A stretch of 10,611 nucleotides of DNA. Source: a candidate division WOR-3 bacterium. GTDB taxonomy: Bacteria; Hydrothermota; Hydrothermia; LBFQ01; DSFT01. The translations under genes were made by a program, and so were the position numbers. A model generated the notes under the pieces. That model was not told the origin of the DNA, searched no databases, and saw only the letters and a program-made list of their open reading frames with translations. Location of the stretch: the NCBI GenBank assembly GCA_965649115.1, contig CBFGJN010000062.1, forward strand, positions 1 through 10,611. Direction: 5' to 3'. Numbering within the stretch: position 1 is the stretch's first letter; each line of letters begins with the position of its first letter. Positions 10,395 through 10,611 of the stretch are shown here, piece by piece.

Positions 10395-10447
10395 TAGGCG
10401 TCATCATCCCACCTCTGGTGGGCGGTTAAGGGGAGACGCCATTCCCC
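10395..10447 (-). ncRNA. Fluoride riboswitch (crcB motif)
   Basis: Minus strand GGGGAATGGCGTCTCCCCTTAACCGCCCACCAGAGGTGGGATGATGACGCCTA. P1 GGGGA/TCCCC, pseudoknot GGCGTC/GACGCC, P2 CCCACC-AGA-GGTGGG. The conserved AUGG, AACCGC and GAUGAC..CUA segments match the crcB consensus. Confidence 0.93.
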
Positions 10448-10456
10448 AGTTTGAAA

Positions 10457-10486
10457 ATTTTAAAGCCTAAGGCCATATTTTGTCTG
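10457..10486 (-). promoter_or_regulatory. Putative promoter for the riboswitch operon: TAAAAT (10457-10462) with a weak -35 CAGACA (10481-10486), 18-nt spacer
   Basis: The -10 lies 9 nt upstream of the first base of aptamer P1, which would place the start site just before the aptamer. Confidence 0.5.
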
Positions 10487-10611
10487 CTTTGTCCAATAAT
10501 TCGGAAAGTATAGTTATTTCTATATTTTGCTCAACCACACTAAAATTAAGGCAGAGCCTTTAAAATACCCATATTTCGGCTTTGCCTCCCATTAAAACCC
10601 CCTATAAAATC
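10485..10611 (+). mobile_element. MITE-like repeat, copy 7 (left part; truncated by window end)
   Basis: Starts with TGCTTTGTCCAATAATT (10485-10501), 16/17 identical to 8653-8669. Then CAACCACACTAAAATTAAG, hairpin AAGGCAGAGCCTT, TTCGGCTTTG and CCCATTAAAACCCCCTATAAAATC, all collinear with the other copies. Confidence 0.78.

Noticed and set aside
10294..10407. Out-of-frame ORF of about 37 codons starting at ATGATG within the riboswitch
   Set aside because: The ATGs are part of the conserved GAUGAUGAC aptamer sequence and the peptide has no recognisable features. It is not called as a gene and is only noted as a possible regulatory start.

Overview
AT-rich bacterial window with no tRNA, rRNA or CRISPR array. 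The host is a diderm, inferred from an LPS heptosyltransferase; a T9SS-type C-terminal sorting domain points to an FCB-associated lineage such as WOR-3 (inference). It carries eight credible genes: a secreted beta-propeller/CARDB-like protein, waaF, a class I SAM methyltransferase overlapping ligA, ligA, miaB with a coupled winged-helix gene, and a cation:proton antiporter plus universal stress protein operon behind a clear fluoride (crcB) riboswitch. The main unannotated signal is non-coding. Every sizeable intergenic spacer, including both window ends, holds a complete or fragmentary copy of one roughly 150-210 bp element with 17-bp terminal inverted repeats (TGCTKTGTCYARTAATT). One copy is intact with a 9-bp target-site duplication, and the internal GC hairpins covary between copies. 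In addition, all five putative transcription units start 6-12 nt after a TTAAAATTT (-10-like) motif with no Shine-Dalgarno sequence, suggesting leaderless or near-leaderless expression.
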